A stretch of DNA of 64,000 nucleotides, taken from an uncultured delta proteobacterium. Its GTDB lineage: Bacteria; Myxococcota_A; Polyangia; Fen-1088. The position numbers and the translations under genes are program-made. Numbering within the stretch: the stretch's first letter is position 1; each line of letters starts with the position of its first letter. Location of the stretch: assembly GCA_963755125.1 (NCBI GenBank), contig CAVWIP010000007.1, forward strand, positions 1 to 64,000, given 5' to 3'. Below, piece by piece: positions 18,320 through 30,380 of the stretch. The notes under the pieces are model-generated. The model saw nothing but the letters and a program-made list of their open reading frames with translations. It made no database searches and had not been told where the DNA came from.

Positions 18320-19498
18320 ATGGTCAGCTCCGTGCCCCCAGTCTTGGACGCCTCTCTGCAGGCTGAATTGACGTCACTCGAGGCTCAGGACCGAATCCGC
18401 TTCTGCCCCGCCGCCTCGGGTCAGTCACGAACAAACCCGACAATCGACGCTCAGCCCCTTCTCTCGTTTTCTTCAAATGACTACCTAGGGCTCGCGGGCC
18501 ATCCTGCCCTGGCCTCCGCGGCGGCCACTGCAATCAAGCGTTCCGGATTTGGTGCTGGTGCATCTCGTCTGGTCTCCGGTGACATGACCGAGCACCGTGA
18601 ACTTGAGGCCGGCCTCTCCGCTTTTCTGGGTGTGGAAGCCGTGCTTCTCTTTCCCTCTGGATACCAGACCAATCTTGGCGTTCTTGCTGCACTGGCAGGG
18701 CCAGGAGACCTCGTCTTGTGCGACCATGCCAACCACGCAAGCATTATCGATGCCTGCCGACTTTCGCTTGCCCGGCCGAGCTTTTACAGGCACCGCGATG
18801 TCTCGTCTGCCGAGAAACGGCTGCTCGCCCTGGCGCCTGCCACTCGCCGAAAGCTGCTGGTTACCGAGTCGCTCTTTAGTATGGACGGCGATATCGCTCC
18901 CCTGGCAGACTTGGCCGCCCTCGCGGCGAAATACGGGGCCGCCTTGGTTGTGGACGAGGCGCACGCCATCGGCGCACTAGGCCCTGGCGGCCGTGGACTG
19001 TGTCGGCAGGCTGGAGTCACGCCAGATGTCCTCATCGGAACCCTGGGCAAGGCATTCGGTGCCGCTGGCGGCTTTGCGGCCGGCAGCGCGACCCTACGCA
19101 AGTACCTCGTCAACCGCAGCCGGACATTAATCTTCTCCACCGCTCCACCCCCTCCCGTTGCCGCCGCCGCACTCGCCGCCCTGGACATCATCCGGGGAAA
19201 CGACGGTAACGCCAGACGTGACGCCCTAGCGGATCGTGTCCACCAGCTCCAAAGCCGGTTTCCCCCCAAAGCTAGCCCCCTGCCGCTTTCCCCCATCTTC
19301 CCGATCGTCCTCGGGACAGATCGGGCGGCCCTCGACGCCTCCCGCGCCCTGCGAGCCTGCGGGATCTTCGTGCAGCCAATCCGCCCTCCAACCGTCCCCG
19401 ATGGCACCGCCCGTTTGCGAATCACGCTCTCGGCCAATCACAGTCCAAGCGACGTCGCCTCCCTCGCCCACGCACTCGCTCAACTCATCCCCCAATGA
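18320..19498 (+). CDS. bioF: 8-amino-7-oxononanoate synthase
   Basis: FSSNDYLGL, ASRLVSG, NHASIIDA, ESLFSMDGD, DEAHA, GTLGKA, IRPPTVP. Alternative start GTG 18332. Confidence 0.95.
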   Translation: MVSSVPPVLDASLQAELTSLEAQDRIRFCPAASGQSRTNPTIDAQPLLSFSSNDYLGLAGHPALASAAATAIKRSGFGAGASRLVSGDMTEHRELEAGLSAFLGVEAVLLFPSGYQTNLGVLAALAGPGDLVLCDHANHASIIDACRLSLARPSFYRHRDVSSAEKRLLALAPATRRKLLVTESLFSMDGDIAPLADLAALAAKYGAALVVDEAHAIGALGPGGRGLCRQAGVTPDVLIGTLGKAFGAAGGFAAGSATLRKYLVNRSRTLIFSTAPPPPVAAAALAALDIIRGNDGNARRDALADRVHQLQSRFPPKASPLPLSPIFPIVLGTDRAALDASRALRACGIFVQPIRPPTVPDGTARLRITLSANHSPSDVASLAHALAQLIPQ

Positions 19499-21528
19499 AC
19501 CTCGACGACCTCGACCGAAGGTATCTCTGGCATCCCTTTACACCCATGCGCGAGTGGCTTGCGGAGCCTCCTCTCGTCATCGAGCGGGCCGAAGGGAACG
19601 AACTCATCGACACCCAAGGCCGCCGCTACCTGGACGGGGTCTCCTCACTCTGGGTGAACGTCCACGGCCACGGCCACCGGGCAATCAACGCCGCTATAGC
19701 CGAACAGCTTGGCAAGGTAGCTCATACCACCCTGCTCGGTCTGGCCAGCACGCCATCAATCCTGCTGGCAGAGAAGCTCGTGTCAATCGCTCCGCCCGGA
19801 CTTTCTCGCGTTTTCTTCTCTGATTCAGGGTCAACCGCAGTCGAGGTAGCTTTAAAAATAGCATTTCAATTCCAACAGTTACGCGGATTTTCTCGTCGAG
19901 CTACATTTCTCGCCTTGCAAAACGCATACCATGGCGACACAATCGGCTCCGTTTCCTTGGGAGGCATCGACACGTTCCATCGGATCTTTCAACCCCTACT
20001 CTTCCACACCATCCGCGTCACCCCGACCATAGACGATCTGCAGCAAGCCTTCTCCAACCACGGACACGAACTCGCAGCTTTCGTCCTCGAGCCTGTGCTT
20101 CAGGGCGCAGCGGGTATGCTCCTCCAGCCTCCCGGGTTCCTGCGGCAGGCCCGTTCTCTCTGTAACCAGCACGGCGTGCTCCTAGTCGCCGACGAGGTCG
20201 CCACGGGTTTTGGCCGCACCGGCACTATGTTCGCGTGCCAGCAGGAAGGAGTCACCCCCGATCTACTAGCTCTCGCCAAGGGCTTGAGCGGCGGATACCT
20301 CCCGGTGGCAGCAACCATGGCAACCGACGAGATCTTCCATCAGTTTCTCGGACTCCCCGAGGACCGCTTGACTTTCTTTCACGGCCACAGTTTCGGCGGC
20401 AACGCTCTCGGTTGTGCCGCTGCACTGGCTTCGCTCGATCTCTTCGAGCACGAGCACACACTGGCCAACCTGCCCCCCAAGATCGCCGCCCTTCGTGCCC
20501 GACTGAACGAGAAGATCTCGCCCCTCCCGCACGTCTACGAGGTCCGCCAGAAGGGCCTCATGGTGGGCATCGACCTCCGACGGTCTCGCTCCCATGCGTA
20601 CTCTCCACAGGAGGCCATCGGCGCGCGCGTCTGTCGAATCGTCCGGCGCCACGGGGTAATCCTGCGCCCGCTCGGCTCCGTGGTGGTTCTCATGCCTCCA
20701 CTATCCATCACTCCCGCCCAGATCGACCGCATCGTGGACGCGACCGCCGCCGCCATCACCGAGGCCACCAGCGATCCTCCGCTCACCCTCTCCGCCACAC
20801 TTCCCAGTCCACCACTGCACAGCACAGCCCTGGAACCCCTCCGCGGCATCTTCCTCGTCGGAACAGATACTGGGGTGGGAAAGACCACGGTAGGCGTGGG
20901 CCTCCTTGCCCTGGCGCGCGCTCGTGGGTTCGCCCCAGTCCCTTTTAAGCCCGTGGAAACCGGAGCCGCCCCCGACCCCGAGGACGCTCTCCGTCTCCGC
21001 TCCGCCGCTGGCCGTGATGATCTTCCGCGTGAAATCATCTGCCCCTACGCATTTCCCACTCCCGTGGCTCCCGCCCTGGCTGCGGAGCAAGCCTCCACCC
21101 GGCTAACTCTCGCGGATATCCTCGCGGCAGCACGTCGCGCTGCTGCGCACGGGGATTTCCTCCTGGTCGAGTCAGCTGGCGGAGTTCTCTCTCCCTACTC
21201 CGAAGACCTCACTGCGGCGGACGTGGCCGCCGCCCTCGGACTTCCTCTTCTTCTCGTCGCACGCAACACCCTCGGAACTATCAACCACACCGCTCTCGCC
21301 GTAGCGGAGTTGCGCCGCCGTCACCTCCCGCTAGCCGGCGTCCTCTTTGTAAATACCACGGCCGAGTCCACGCCGGATCGCGCCCACAACCCTCGATTCG
21401 TTCACGCTCTCACCGCTGTCCGCGTCCTCGGCACACTTCCCTTCCTACCGCTCCCCACGTCCGACGGGTTGGCCGCCGCCCTTCGCGCCAACGTCGAAGT
21501 CGACGTCGTGTTCCCCAACCTCAAGTAG
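19495..21528 (+). CDS. bioA-bioD: Fused DAPA aminotransferase (BioA) - dethiobiotin synthase (BioD)
   Basis: N-terminal part: LWHPFT, DSGSTAVEVALK, YHGDT, DEVATGFGRTG, AKGLSGG. After a Pro/Ser linker: GTDTGVGKT, FKPVETG, VESAGG, LGTINHT. One uninterrupted 677-aa ORF. Confidence 0.93.
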   Translation: MNLDDLDRRYLWHPFTPMREWLAEPPLVIERAEGNELIDTQGRRYLDGVSSLWVNVHGHGHRAINAAIAEQLGKVAHTTLLGLASTPSILLAEKLVSIAPPGLSRVFFSDSGSTAVEVALKIAFQFQQLRGFSRRATFLALQNAYHGDTIGSVSLGGIDTFHRIFQPLLFHTIRVTPTIDDLQQAFSNHGHELAAFVLEPVLQGAAGMLLQPPGFLRQARSLCNQHGVLLVADEVATGFGRTGTMFACQQEGVTPDLLALAKGLSGGYLPVAATMATDEIFHQFLGLPEDRLTFFHGHSFGGNALGCAAALASLDLFEHEHTLANLPPKIAALRARLNEKISPLPHVYEVRQKGLMVGIDLRRSRSHAYSPQEAIGARVCRIVRRHGVILRPLGSVVVLMPPLSITPAQIDRIVDATAAAITEATSDPPLTLSATLPSPPLHSTALEPLRGIFLVGTDTGVGKTTVGVGLLALARARGFAPVPFKPVETGAAPDPEDALRLRSAAGRDDLPREIICPYAFPTPVAPALAAEQASTRLTLADILAAARRAAAHGDFLLVESAGGVLSPYSEDLTAADVAAALGLPLLLVARNTLGTINHTALAVAELRRRHLPLAGVLFVNTTAESTPDRAHNPRFVHALTAVRVLGTLPFLPLPTSDGLAAALRANVEVDVVFPNLK

Positions 21529-22009
21529 CCTGCGCTGGCCTCGACTTCGGGAAAATCACCACCCGCCGGGCCGGACCCTCTCCCTCTGACTCAGTCCTAA
21601 CGCCTGGATGCTCAGCCAGCGTCGTGTGCACAACCTTGCGATCATGCGCACTCATCGGCTCCGCCGGAACTGGACGCCCCGACCGCTCCGCCTTCTCCGC
21701 CAGCCGCCTGGCCAAGTCCGCCAACGAGTCCTCGCGCCGTCCCCGGTAGCCTTCGGCGTCGACGACCAAAATTGCAGCCTCGCCGGGCTTCTTGAACACG
21801 ATTCGGCCGACCAGGTACTGAAGCGCGTCCAGCGTCGCCCCCTTCTTCCCAATAACCAACCCGGACTCCGATCCATGTGCGTCGAGAATAATGCGCTCGC
21901 CGTCGTCAAACGCACTCACCTCAGCATCAACCCCCATGCGCTCAAGCACATCCCGCAGCACTTTCGCCGCTAGTTCACGCTTCTCGCCCAACGCTCCCTG
22001 GTCGCTCAT
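21521..22009 (-). CDS. jag: Jag/KhpB-like RNA-binding protein (KH + R3H, no N-terminal Jag domain)
   Basis: LVIGKKGATLDALQYL (KH), VDAEGYR, PMSAHDRKVVH (R3H), SEGEGPARRVVI. GGGAG precedes ATG 22009 (alternative start 22027). Confidence 0.9.
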   Translation of the reverse strand: MSDQGALGEKRELAAKVLRDVLERMGVDAEVSAFDDGERIILDAHGSESGLVIGKKGATLDALQYLVGRIVFKKPGEAAILVVDAEGYRGRREDSLADLARRLAEKAERSGRPVPAEPMSAHDRKVVHTTLAEHPGVRTESEGEGPARRVVIFPKSRPAQAT

Positions 22010-22026
22010 TGCTTCTCCCGCTGTCA

Positions 22027-22359
22027 TCAGATGTTGAACGTGGCAATCGGAGTCGGCAGAGGCGGTGGTGCTCCACGACTCTCGGGTTCGCGCCCCGGCA
22101 CAGGGACCGAAGAAACAGGGCCCGTGCTTGCTTTCACCGCTGCCCCCGGCGTCCTCCCTTCTCCGACCTTGCGCTGCTTCGCTTTCCGCCGCTCCTCATC
22201 CCTCGCCCTCCCGGAGCCCACCCTCATCGGAGTTCCGTGTCGCTTCCCAACGCTGCGCATTCCCCTGATCTTGGACGAACCCCGCCCCTCGTCTCGGACG
22301 CGTCTTCTCCCGCCGCTGCTGGTCCGCGCCCTTTTCTTCTTCTTGCTCGTCACCTTCAT
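22027..22359 (-). CDS. Hypothetical very basic, low-complexity protein
   Basis: MKVTSKKKKRART...PPPLPTPIATFNI; stop abuts the jag start region; start uncertain (22359 or 22467). Confidence 0.45.
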   Translation of the reverse strand: MKVTSKKKKRARTSSGGRRRVRDEGRGSSKIRGMRSVGKRHGTPMRVGSGRARDEERRKAKQRKVGEGRTPGAAVKASTGPVSSVPVPGREPESRGAPPPLPTPIATFNI

Positions 22360-22541
22360 GGCCACGTGGGACAAGACCCTACGTTTCACCCCCCACCTTG
22401 TCAACTCCAACCCTTCTTTCTCAAATACCTTCGCCTGGTTGCGTTTGAATGCTAAAATACCTTTCACTATGTGTGGGTTGCGCCTCGCATCATGTCATTC
22501 CAGGATCTTGACCATTGCGTAGTCTCCAATACAGATTCATA

Positions 22542-22570
22542 TTGACGGGTTCAAAGCAGCTTGGTAAAGT
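22542..22570 (+). promoter_or_regulatory. Putative sigma70 promoter of cdnL
   Basis: TTGACG-N17-TAAAGT. Confidence 0.65.
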
Positions 22571-22625
22571 GCGCGCGCTTCGGCTTCCGAAGCGCGCTGT
22601 TATTAAACATCACGAGAGGATCTAA

Positions 22626-23117
22626 ATGGAGCCATCGTTCCACGTGGGAGACTTGGCGGTCTACCCGGCTCACGGGGTGGCGCAGATCATCGGTATTGAG
22701 ACACGCGAGATCTCGTCCAGCAAGCACACCTTCTACATCCTGAAGATTCTAGACAACGGGATGAAGATCATGATTCCGACGAAGAACGCCGGTGCCGTAG
22801 GTCTGCGTGAGCTGATCCGCGCCGACGAGGTCGACGAGGTCTTTGAGATTCTCAAGAGCCGGGAAGTTTCAGTGGAGGGGCAGACCTGGAACCGACGCTA
22901 CCGCGAGTATATGGAGAAGATCAAGACCGGCTCCGTGTTCGAGATCGCAGAGGTCTTGCGGGATCTGCAGCGCCTGAAGGGGGACAAGGAGCTGTCCTTT
23001 GGTGAGCGCAAGATGCTCGACACCGCTCGCACCCTGCTGGTTAAGGAAATTGCAGTCGCGACCAAGTCCAACGAGGGGAAGATAGAAGAAAAGCTCAATC
23101 GCATCTTCGCCTGCTAG
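22626..23117 (+). CDS. cdnL: CarD-family RNA polymerase-binding factor CdnL
   Basis: GDLAVYPAHGV, TWNRRYREYMEKIKTGSVFEIAEVLRDL, LSFGERKMLDTAR; 163 aa with no HMGA tail. Confidence 0.93.
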   Translation: MEPSFHVGDLAVYPAHGVAQIIGIETREISSSKHTFYILKILDNGMKIMIPTKNAGAVGLRELIRADEVDEVFEILKSREVSVEGQTWNRRYREYMEKIKTGSVFEIAEVLRDLQRLKGDKELSFGERKMLDTARTLLVKEIAVATKSNEGKIEEKLNRIFAC

Positions 23118-23134
23118 CCGATTCCTATTTCGCG

Positions 23135-23167
23135 AAGCCCCGGGCGGACTCCTGACCGGGGCTTTTT
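23135..23167 (+). terminator. Intrinsic terminator between convergent cdnL and gyrB
   Basis: AAGCCCCGG...CCGGGGCTT stem followed by a T run. Confidence 0.8.
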
Positions 23168-23198
23168 CATGCGCCCGCGCGGGGATGTCCCGACCCTG

Positions 23199-25673
<2,475 letters not shown>

Positions 25674-25737
25674 TTACAGTTACATAGCACCCGGAATGTG
25701 GAGTGTAAAGGGAAACCTATCTGACCACAATCCCAAC

Positions 25738-26835
25738 CTACATACGCCGCAGTTCACCTCCGCTGACCATGTAGTCAACGCAAGCAGGCAGCGGAGGCAA
25801 ATGGTCCCGCTCGGTGACCGTGATGAGACTCTGGCAGGAAAGGGCGGCCATGGCCGCAAACAGACTCCGCCGTCTCTCCTCGTCCAACTCGCTCGCCACA
25901 TCGTCCAGCAGCAGAAGAGGCGCTTCGCCCAGCGCCTCACGCAAGTGTTCTACCTCCGCCAGCTTGAGAGCGAGAACCAGCGATCGCAGTTGACCCTGCG
26001 ACGCGTGTTCGCGCGCCAGGTGCCCCGCTAGATCCAACTCCAAATCATCTGTCTGCGGCCCGAATCCGGTAAAGCCCCGCCTTTGGTCAGTCTCCCTGTG
26101 CGCGAGCAGCCCCTCTCGCAAGGCTGAGACGATGTCTTCCTCGCTGTCCGCAACCTGGACGGTTCGCTCACTTGTGTAGCGCATGCCCACGGCCGCCTCG
26201 CCGTGAATCTGGAGAAACGTGGCTTCCAGCCGAGGCAAGAGTGAGCGTACCATTTCGCGCCGCCTAATCACAATTCGCGCTCCTGCCTCGGCGAGTTTCT
26301 CGTCGTAGCTGGCCAGAAGCGTTGCTTCCACCGAACCACCGCGCAGGAGAGCATTGCGGCTCTTGAGGACACGCTCAAAGGTCAGGACCTCGCGGAAGTA
26401 GGGCCGATACGCGCCAAACACAGCCCGGTCGAGAAAACGCCTCCTTTCTGCTGCTGCAGCCTTTGGCAGCCGCAGGTCCTCCGGCCCGAAGAGCACAGCC
26501 CCGACGCCCAACAAAGCAGACGAATCACGCCGCACGGCCTTGCCATCGAGGAAAGTGTTCTTGCGTCCTTGCGAGATCTGAATCTTGAGCGTCCGGTCGA
26601 GAGTGCGCGCCGTGATCTCGGCCTCGATGGTGGCCCCCTGGGTCCCCCACCCGACCACGTCGGACAAGCTGCTGGTGCGAAAGGAGCGAAAACAGAGCGC
26701 GGTGTAGGCCGCTTCCAGGATGTTGGTCTTTCCTTGCCCGTTCTGGCCGAAGAGAACCGTAGCACCCGGCCCAGGCCGGAAGGCCAACGCGGCGAGGTTT
26801 CGCCAACCTCGGGCCCGCAACTCTCTGAGGATCAC
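25738..26835 (-). CDS. recF: DNA replication/repair protein RecF
   Basis: GQNGQGKTNILEA, RRRFLD, ASQGQ, LLLLDDVASELD. Confidence 0.97.
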   Translation of the reverse strand: MILRELRARGWRNLAALAFRPGPGATVLFGQNGQGKTNILEAAYTALCFRSFRTSSLSDVVGWGTQGATIEAEITARTLDRTLKIQISQGRKNTFLDGKAVRRDSSALLGVGAVLFGPEDLRLPKAAAAERRRFLDRAVFGAYRPYFREVLTFERVLKSRNALLRGGSVEATLLASYDEKLAEAGARIVIRRREMVRSLLPRLEATFLQIHGEAAVGMRYTSERTVQVADSEEDIVSALREGLLAHRETDQRRGFTGFGPQTDDLELDLAGHLAREHASQGQLRSLVLALKLAEVEHLREALGEAPLLLLDDVASELDEERRRSLFAAMAALSCQSLITVTERDHLPPLPACVDYMVSGGELRRM

Positions 26836-27935
26836 AATCTCATGGGCATGACCACGCCAAGGTAGTCGCTATCGTCGGCAGGACGGATCACTGCTGGGTC
26901 CAGATCCTCGCCCAACTCCAGCCGCACGTCCTTTGAAGCCATTTCCGACAAGAGGTCGATGAAGTAACGGGCGTTGAAGCCGATCTGCAGCGCCGATCCC
27001 TTGTACTCCACATCCAGCGTCTCACGGGCGTTGCCAAGATCCGGGTTGTCCGCCTCGATGGAAAGAGAACCCTTGTCAAGGCTTAGCCTGATGCCCCAGG
27101 TCTTGTCTGAAGCGATGATGGAAACCCGCCGAAGCGCTTCCAACAGAACCTCTCGCTCGATGACCAGGATCTTGTCGTTCTCCTTGGGGATAACCTGCTC
27201 ATAGGGAGGGAACTGCCCTTCGCCTAGCTTCACCGTAAGGGTCACATCATCGGCGCGCAGCACGAAATACCCCTGATGAACTCCTATGTCGCAGGCGGCC
27301 TCCCGTCCCTCGATGGCCCTACGAATCTCGCCCACCCCTTTGCGAGGGATCAAGACACCGCTTGATAGCTTGGGTCCTTTAGCCAGGGCCTTGCCAAACT
27401 TAGACAGACGATGCCCGTCGGTCGAAACCATGCGGGCAGTCTCTCCATCTGCCTCAAAAAGCACGCTGGCCAGGTGAGGTCGCGTGTCGTCCTGCGAGAT
27501 GGAAAATACCGTCTTTCCAATCATCTCAGAAAGCACCACTGGGTCAACGGAGCTCAACTCCGCCTCGGCCACTGCGGGAAGCTTGGGGTAGTCCCTCTCG
27601 CTCATACCAACCACCTTGAATTCCGCCCTCCCGCTTCGAATCTCCAGCCAGTTGTTCTCCGTCCTACGCAGGTGAACCTCTTCCCCCGACAGGCCCTTCG
27701 CTATTTCGAAGGCTTGTCGAGCTCCAATAGTCACGCCTCCTTCTCCCTCGACCTTCGCAGGCATAGTCACCACGATAGCGACTTTGAGATCTGTCGCTGC
27801 GCACGAAACGTGATCCGCTCCCTCGCTGCGGATGAGCACGTTCGCCAGAATCGGCATCGTGCTCTTTCGGTCGGCTATGCCATGCGCCAGGTAGAGGCCC
27901 TTGAGTAGCTTGCTCTTGTCGATCCGGATGTCCAT
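26832..27935 (-). CDS. dnaN: DNA polymerase III beta clamp
   Basis: TMPILANV, ATDL, STDGHRL, GFNARY, VVMPMRL. Confidence 0.98.
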   Translation of the reverse strand: MDIRIDKSKLLKGLYLAHGIADRKSTMPILANVLIRSEGADHVSCAATDLKVAIVVTMPAKVEGEGGVTIGARQAFEIAKGLSGEEVHLRRTENNWLEIRSGRAEFKVVGMSERDYPKLPAVAEAELSSVDPVVLSEMIGKTVFSISQDDTRPHLASVLFEADGETARMVSTDGHRLSKFGKALAKGPKLSSGVLIPRKGVGEIRRAIEGREAACDIGVHQGYFVLRADDVTLTVKLGEGQFPPYEQVIPKENDKILVIEREVLLEALRRVSIIASDKTWGIRLSLDKGSLSIEADNPDLGNARETLDVEYKGSALQIGFNARYFIDLLSEMASKDVRLELGEDLDPAVIRPADDSDYLGVVMPMRL

Positions 27936-28319
27936 CAGTCACCCTCGTCCTGTTGTCTCATCAATGTTCCTTCTGAATCTATTAGGATCTGATCGAAGAA
28001 GGCAGAAGTATAAGGCCCTGTGGATTCCTTGAAAGAATCGTTTTCTCGTCGCAAGGAGTGGAGAGAAGTATGGGGAAAAAACCGGAGAAGGGAGGGGAGA
28101 AGAAACTTGGAAACCGGCTTGCGAAATTGTCAACTTCCGCTCCACAGCTTTGTCCCATAGATTCAGAGAGTCAACTGTTGATAGACGAGCAAGGAGACGC
28201 AATCCAGAAAGGGGAAGGGGTGGCCACCTGGGACCGTGGACCAGACGGAAACGAGTAGACAATAGGAAGACCAGACCCATGCACAAGGCGGGCCTGGACC
28301 ATGTGAGAGGGAACGGGAT
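27936..28319. other. oriC: Candidate chromosomal origin oriC (dnaA-dnaN intergenic)
   Basis: Lower GC. DnaA-box-like 9-mers TGTGGATTC (28019), TGGGGAAAA (28071), TGTTGATAG (28176). Box-GGGCC-trio arrangement at 27990-28027. Majority gene orientation flips across this region. Confidence 0.75.
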
Positions 28320-29681
28320 TCACCGCTGGCGCAAGTGGCTCTCGATCGTGGTGACCACACTGCGTAGATTAGCGTCCTGAGCGATCAGACGTTCGATCTT
28401 TTTTACAGCGCTTATGACGGTTGAATGATCCTTGCCACCAAACCGGTGGCCAATCTCCGGAAAACTCGATCCGGTGAGCTTGCGCGCCAGATACATGGCG
28501 ATCATGCGGGGCCGGGCGACCGATTGCAGACGCTTTGGCCCCCGCAGATCGTGCAACTTGATATCGAAGTAGGTTGCCACCTCCCGCTGGATGGCCTCGA
28601 TGCTGAAGCCCTGTGGGGTCGCGCTCACCAGATCCTTCAGAACCTCCTCCGCAAATTCCTTGTCGATGCTGCGGCCCGTGATGGAAGATCGGGCTGACAG
28701 CTGCAGCAGGGCGCCTTCCAATTCGCGAACATTCGACCGGACGACGGTGGCGACAGCCAAAGCCACATCGTCACTCAGAGCCATCTTCTCGATCTCGGCC
28801 TTGCGCTTGATAATGGCAACCCGCGTTTCCAGGTCGGGATGGCCAATCTCCGCGATGAGCCCCCAGGCGAAACGGCTCTGCAGGCGCTCCTCGACACCGG
28901 GCAACTCGGCTGGCAGCTTGTCGCAGGTGAGGACGATTTGCTTCTGCGCCAGATGGAGGGCGTTGAAGGTGTGGAAGAACTCATCCTGTGAGCTGTCTTT
29001 GTTTGCGAGAAACTGGATGTCGTCGACCAGGAGAACATCCGGCGTCTCTCGGTAGCACGAGCGAAACTCTTCCATCAGACTGACGCTGCTCGGCTGCTTG
29101 CGCTGGTTCATCATCGACCGAATGAAGTGAGTGACGAACTGCTCGCAGGTCACCACTGTGATCCGCCAATCCGGGTGCTGGCGGTGAATCTCGTGCCCGA
29201 TGGCGTGCAGGAGGTGCGTCTTCCCCAGTCCAACACCCCCATAGAGAAACAAGGGATTGTATTTTGAGCCTGGAGAACTGGCCACCATGCGCGCCGCCGC
29301 ATGACCAAACTGATTTCTCGCGCCCACCACGAACGTCTCAAAGGTGTAGCGGCCGTCTAGCCCTCCCGGCGTCGGACGCCAAGCGGGAACCTCCCCAACT
29401 GACTTGCTCGCGATATCCTGTGACGGGACTGGCATCGGCGCCTCCTCCGCAACTTCGAACTCCACAGCGAACGTTCGCTGCGCACGCATCCGGAGATTCT
29501 CTAGAATGGATGGAAGGAAGTTGTCTTCGAACCATTCTTTGTGATAGCGGTTGGGCGCCCGCAAGCGGATGCGGCCTTCGCTGATGCCCAGGCATTCTAT
29601 TGGGCGCAACCACTGGTCGCGGTTTGCCGGCTTGATCCTTTCCTCGATCGAACGGACAGCTTCGCCCCAGATCTCTATCAT
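28320..29681 (-). CDS. dnaA: Chromosomal replication initiator DnaA
   Basis: YTFETFVVG, NPLFLYGGVGLGKTHL, LVDDIQF, FFHTFN, NVRELEGAL, FGGKDHSTV. Start placed at ATG 29681 (MIEIW). Confidence 0.99.
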   Translation of the reverse strand: MIEIWGEAVRSIEERIKPANRDQWLRPIECLGISEGRIRLRAPNRYHKEWFEDNFLPSILENLRMRAQRTFAVEFEVAEEAPMPVPSQDIASKSVGEVPAWRPTPGGLDGRYTFETFVVGARNQFGHAAARMVASSPGSKYNPLFLYGGVGLGKTHLLHAIGHEIHRQHPDWRITVVTCEQFVTHFIRSMMNQRKQPSSVSLMEEFRSCYRETPDVLLVDDIQFLANKDSSQDEFFHTFNALHLAQKQIVLTCDKLPAELPGVEERLQSRFAWGLIAEIGHPDLETRVAIIKRKAEIEKMALSDDVALAVATVVRSNVRELEGALLQLSARSSITGRSIDKEFAEEVLKDLVSATPQGFSIEAIQREVATYFDIKLHDLRGPKRLQSVARPRMIAMYLARKLTGSSFPEIGHRFGGKDHSTVISAVKKIERLIAQDANLRSVVTTIESHLRQR

Positions 29682-30351
29682 TGTTCTATCCACAACAAGA
29701 TCGGCAGAGAAACCCAAACGATGTCAGCAAGTTGGGGGCCATTTCCCCCTGTTCGTCAACAGGCACACCGCGGATGCGCCCAAGGTGCCCTTTCGCGTGG
29801 GGCCCAGCAAGACGACCCGATGGCAGGCGGCTTAATTATCAATCGAGCATCTCACCAACAAGACCAAAAACCAGGTGCGGTGAAGATGCCGAAAATCATG
29901 ATAATTTTCCACGCGAGAAGATCGGGGCGCTTGCCGGGAGACATGCTGGCGGGTCTCGGCTGCGCGCAAACCGTCCGCGATCGCTGAGGAATTTGGCGAC
30001 GCAAAGATCGGGGATCCCGCTCGCAGCGAGATCTGCGGGCTTGTCGCGCGACCGGGCGAGGAAACCAGCGCAGGATGCGGCTTGGAGCAATCGCGAACCA
30101 GCGATGGGCGAGTTCTCCGACGGGCGGAAAGCCTCACCCACCAGACTATGTTTCAAGGCGCCGTCGACACGAAAATGGCACACCCACTTGCGGCCGCAAG
30201 TTCTCGACGGGCAGACATTCCGATCGTGCGCGCCCGCTCGACGGCAGCCTCGGTGCCGGTGATCTTCACAAGCGCGCAGCGCCCTCGATGCCGGGCAACT
30301 GCGATCAACATTTCTGCGAAGACCAGAGATCCAGTATGAACCATGGCGACG

Positions 30352-30380
30352 TTGACACGGCTCACCCGGGGTGCTAGGTC
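30352..30380 (+). promoter_or_regulatory. Putative sigma70 promoter of the rpmH operon
   Basis: TTGACA-N17-TAGGTC, with an extended -10 TG. Confidence 0.6.

Noticed and set aside
22636..22651. Second parS candidate CGTTCCACGTGGGAGA in cdnL
   Set aside because: Two mismatches in one arm, and explained by the FHVGD codons; kept only as a weak possibility.
27939..28286. 115-aa ORF between dnaA and dnaN
   Set aside because: Atypical composition; overlaps the oriC motifs.
30176..30191. Sigma54-like TGGCAC...TTGC
   Set aside because: GG-to-GC spacing is 11 nt, not the required 10.
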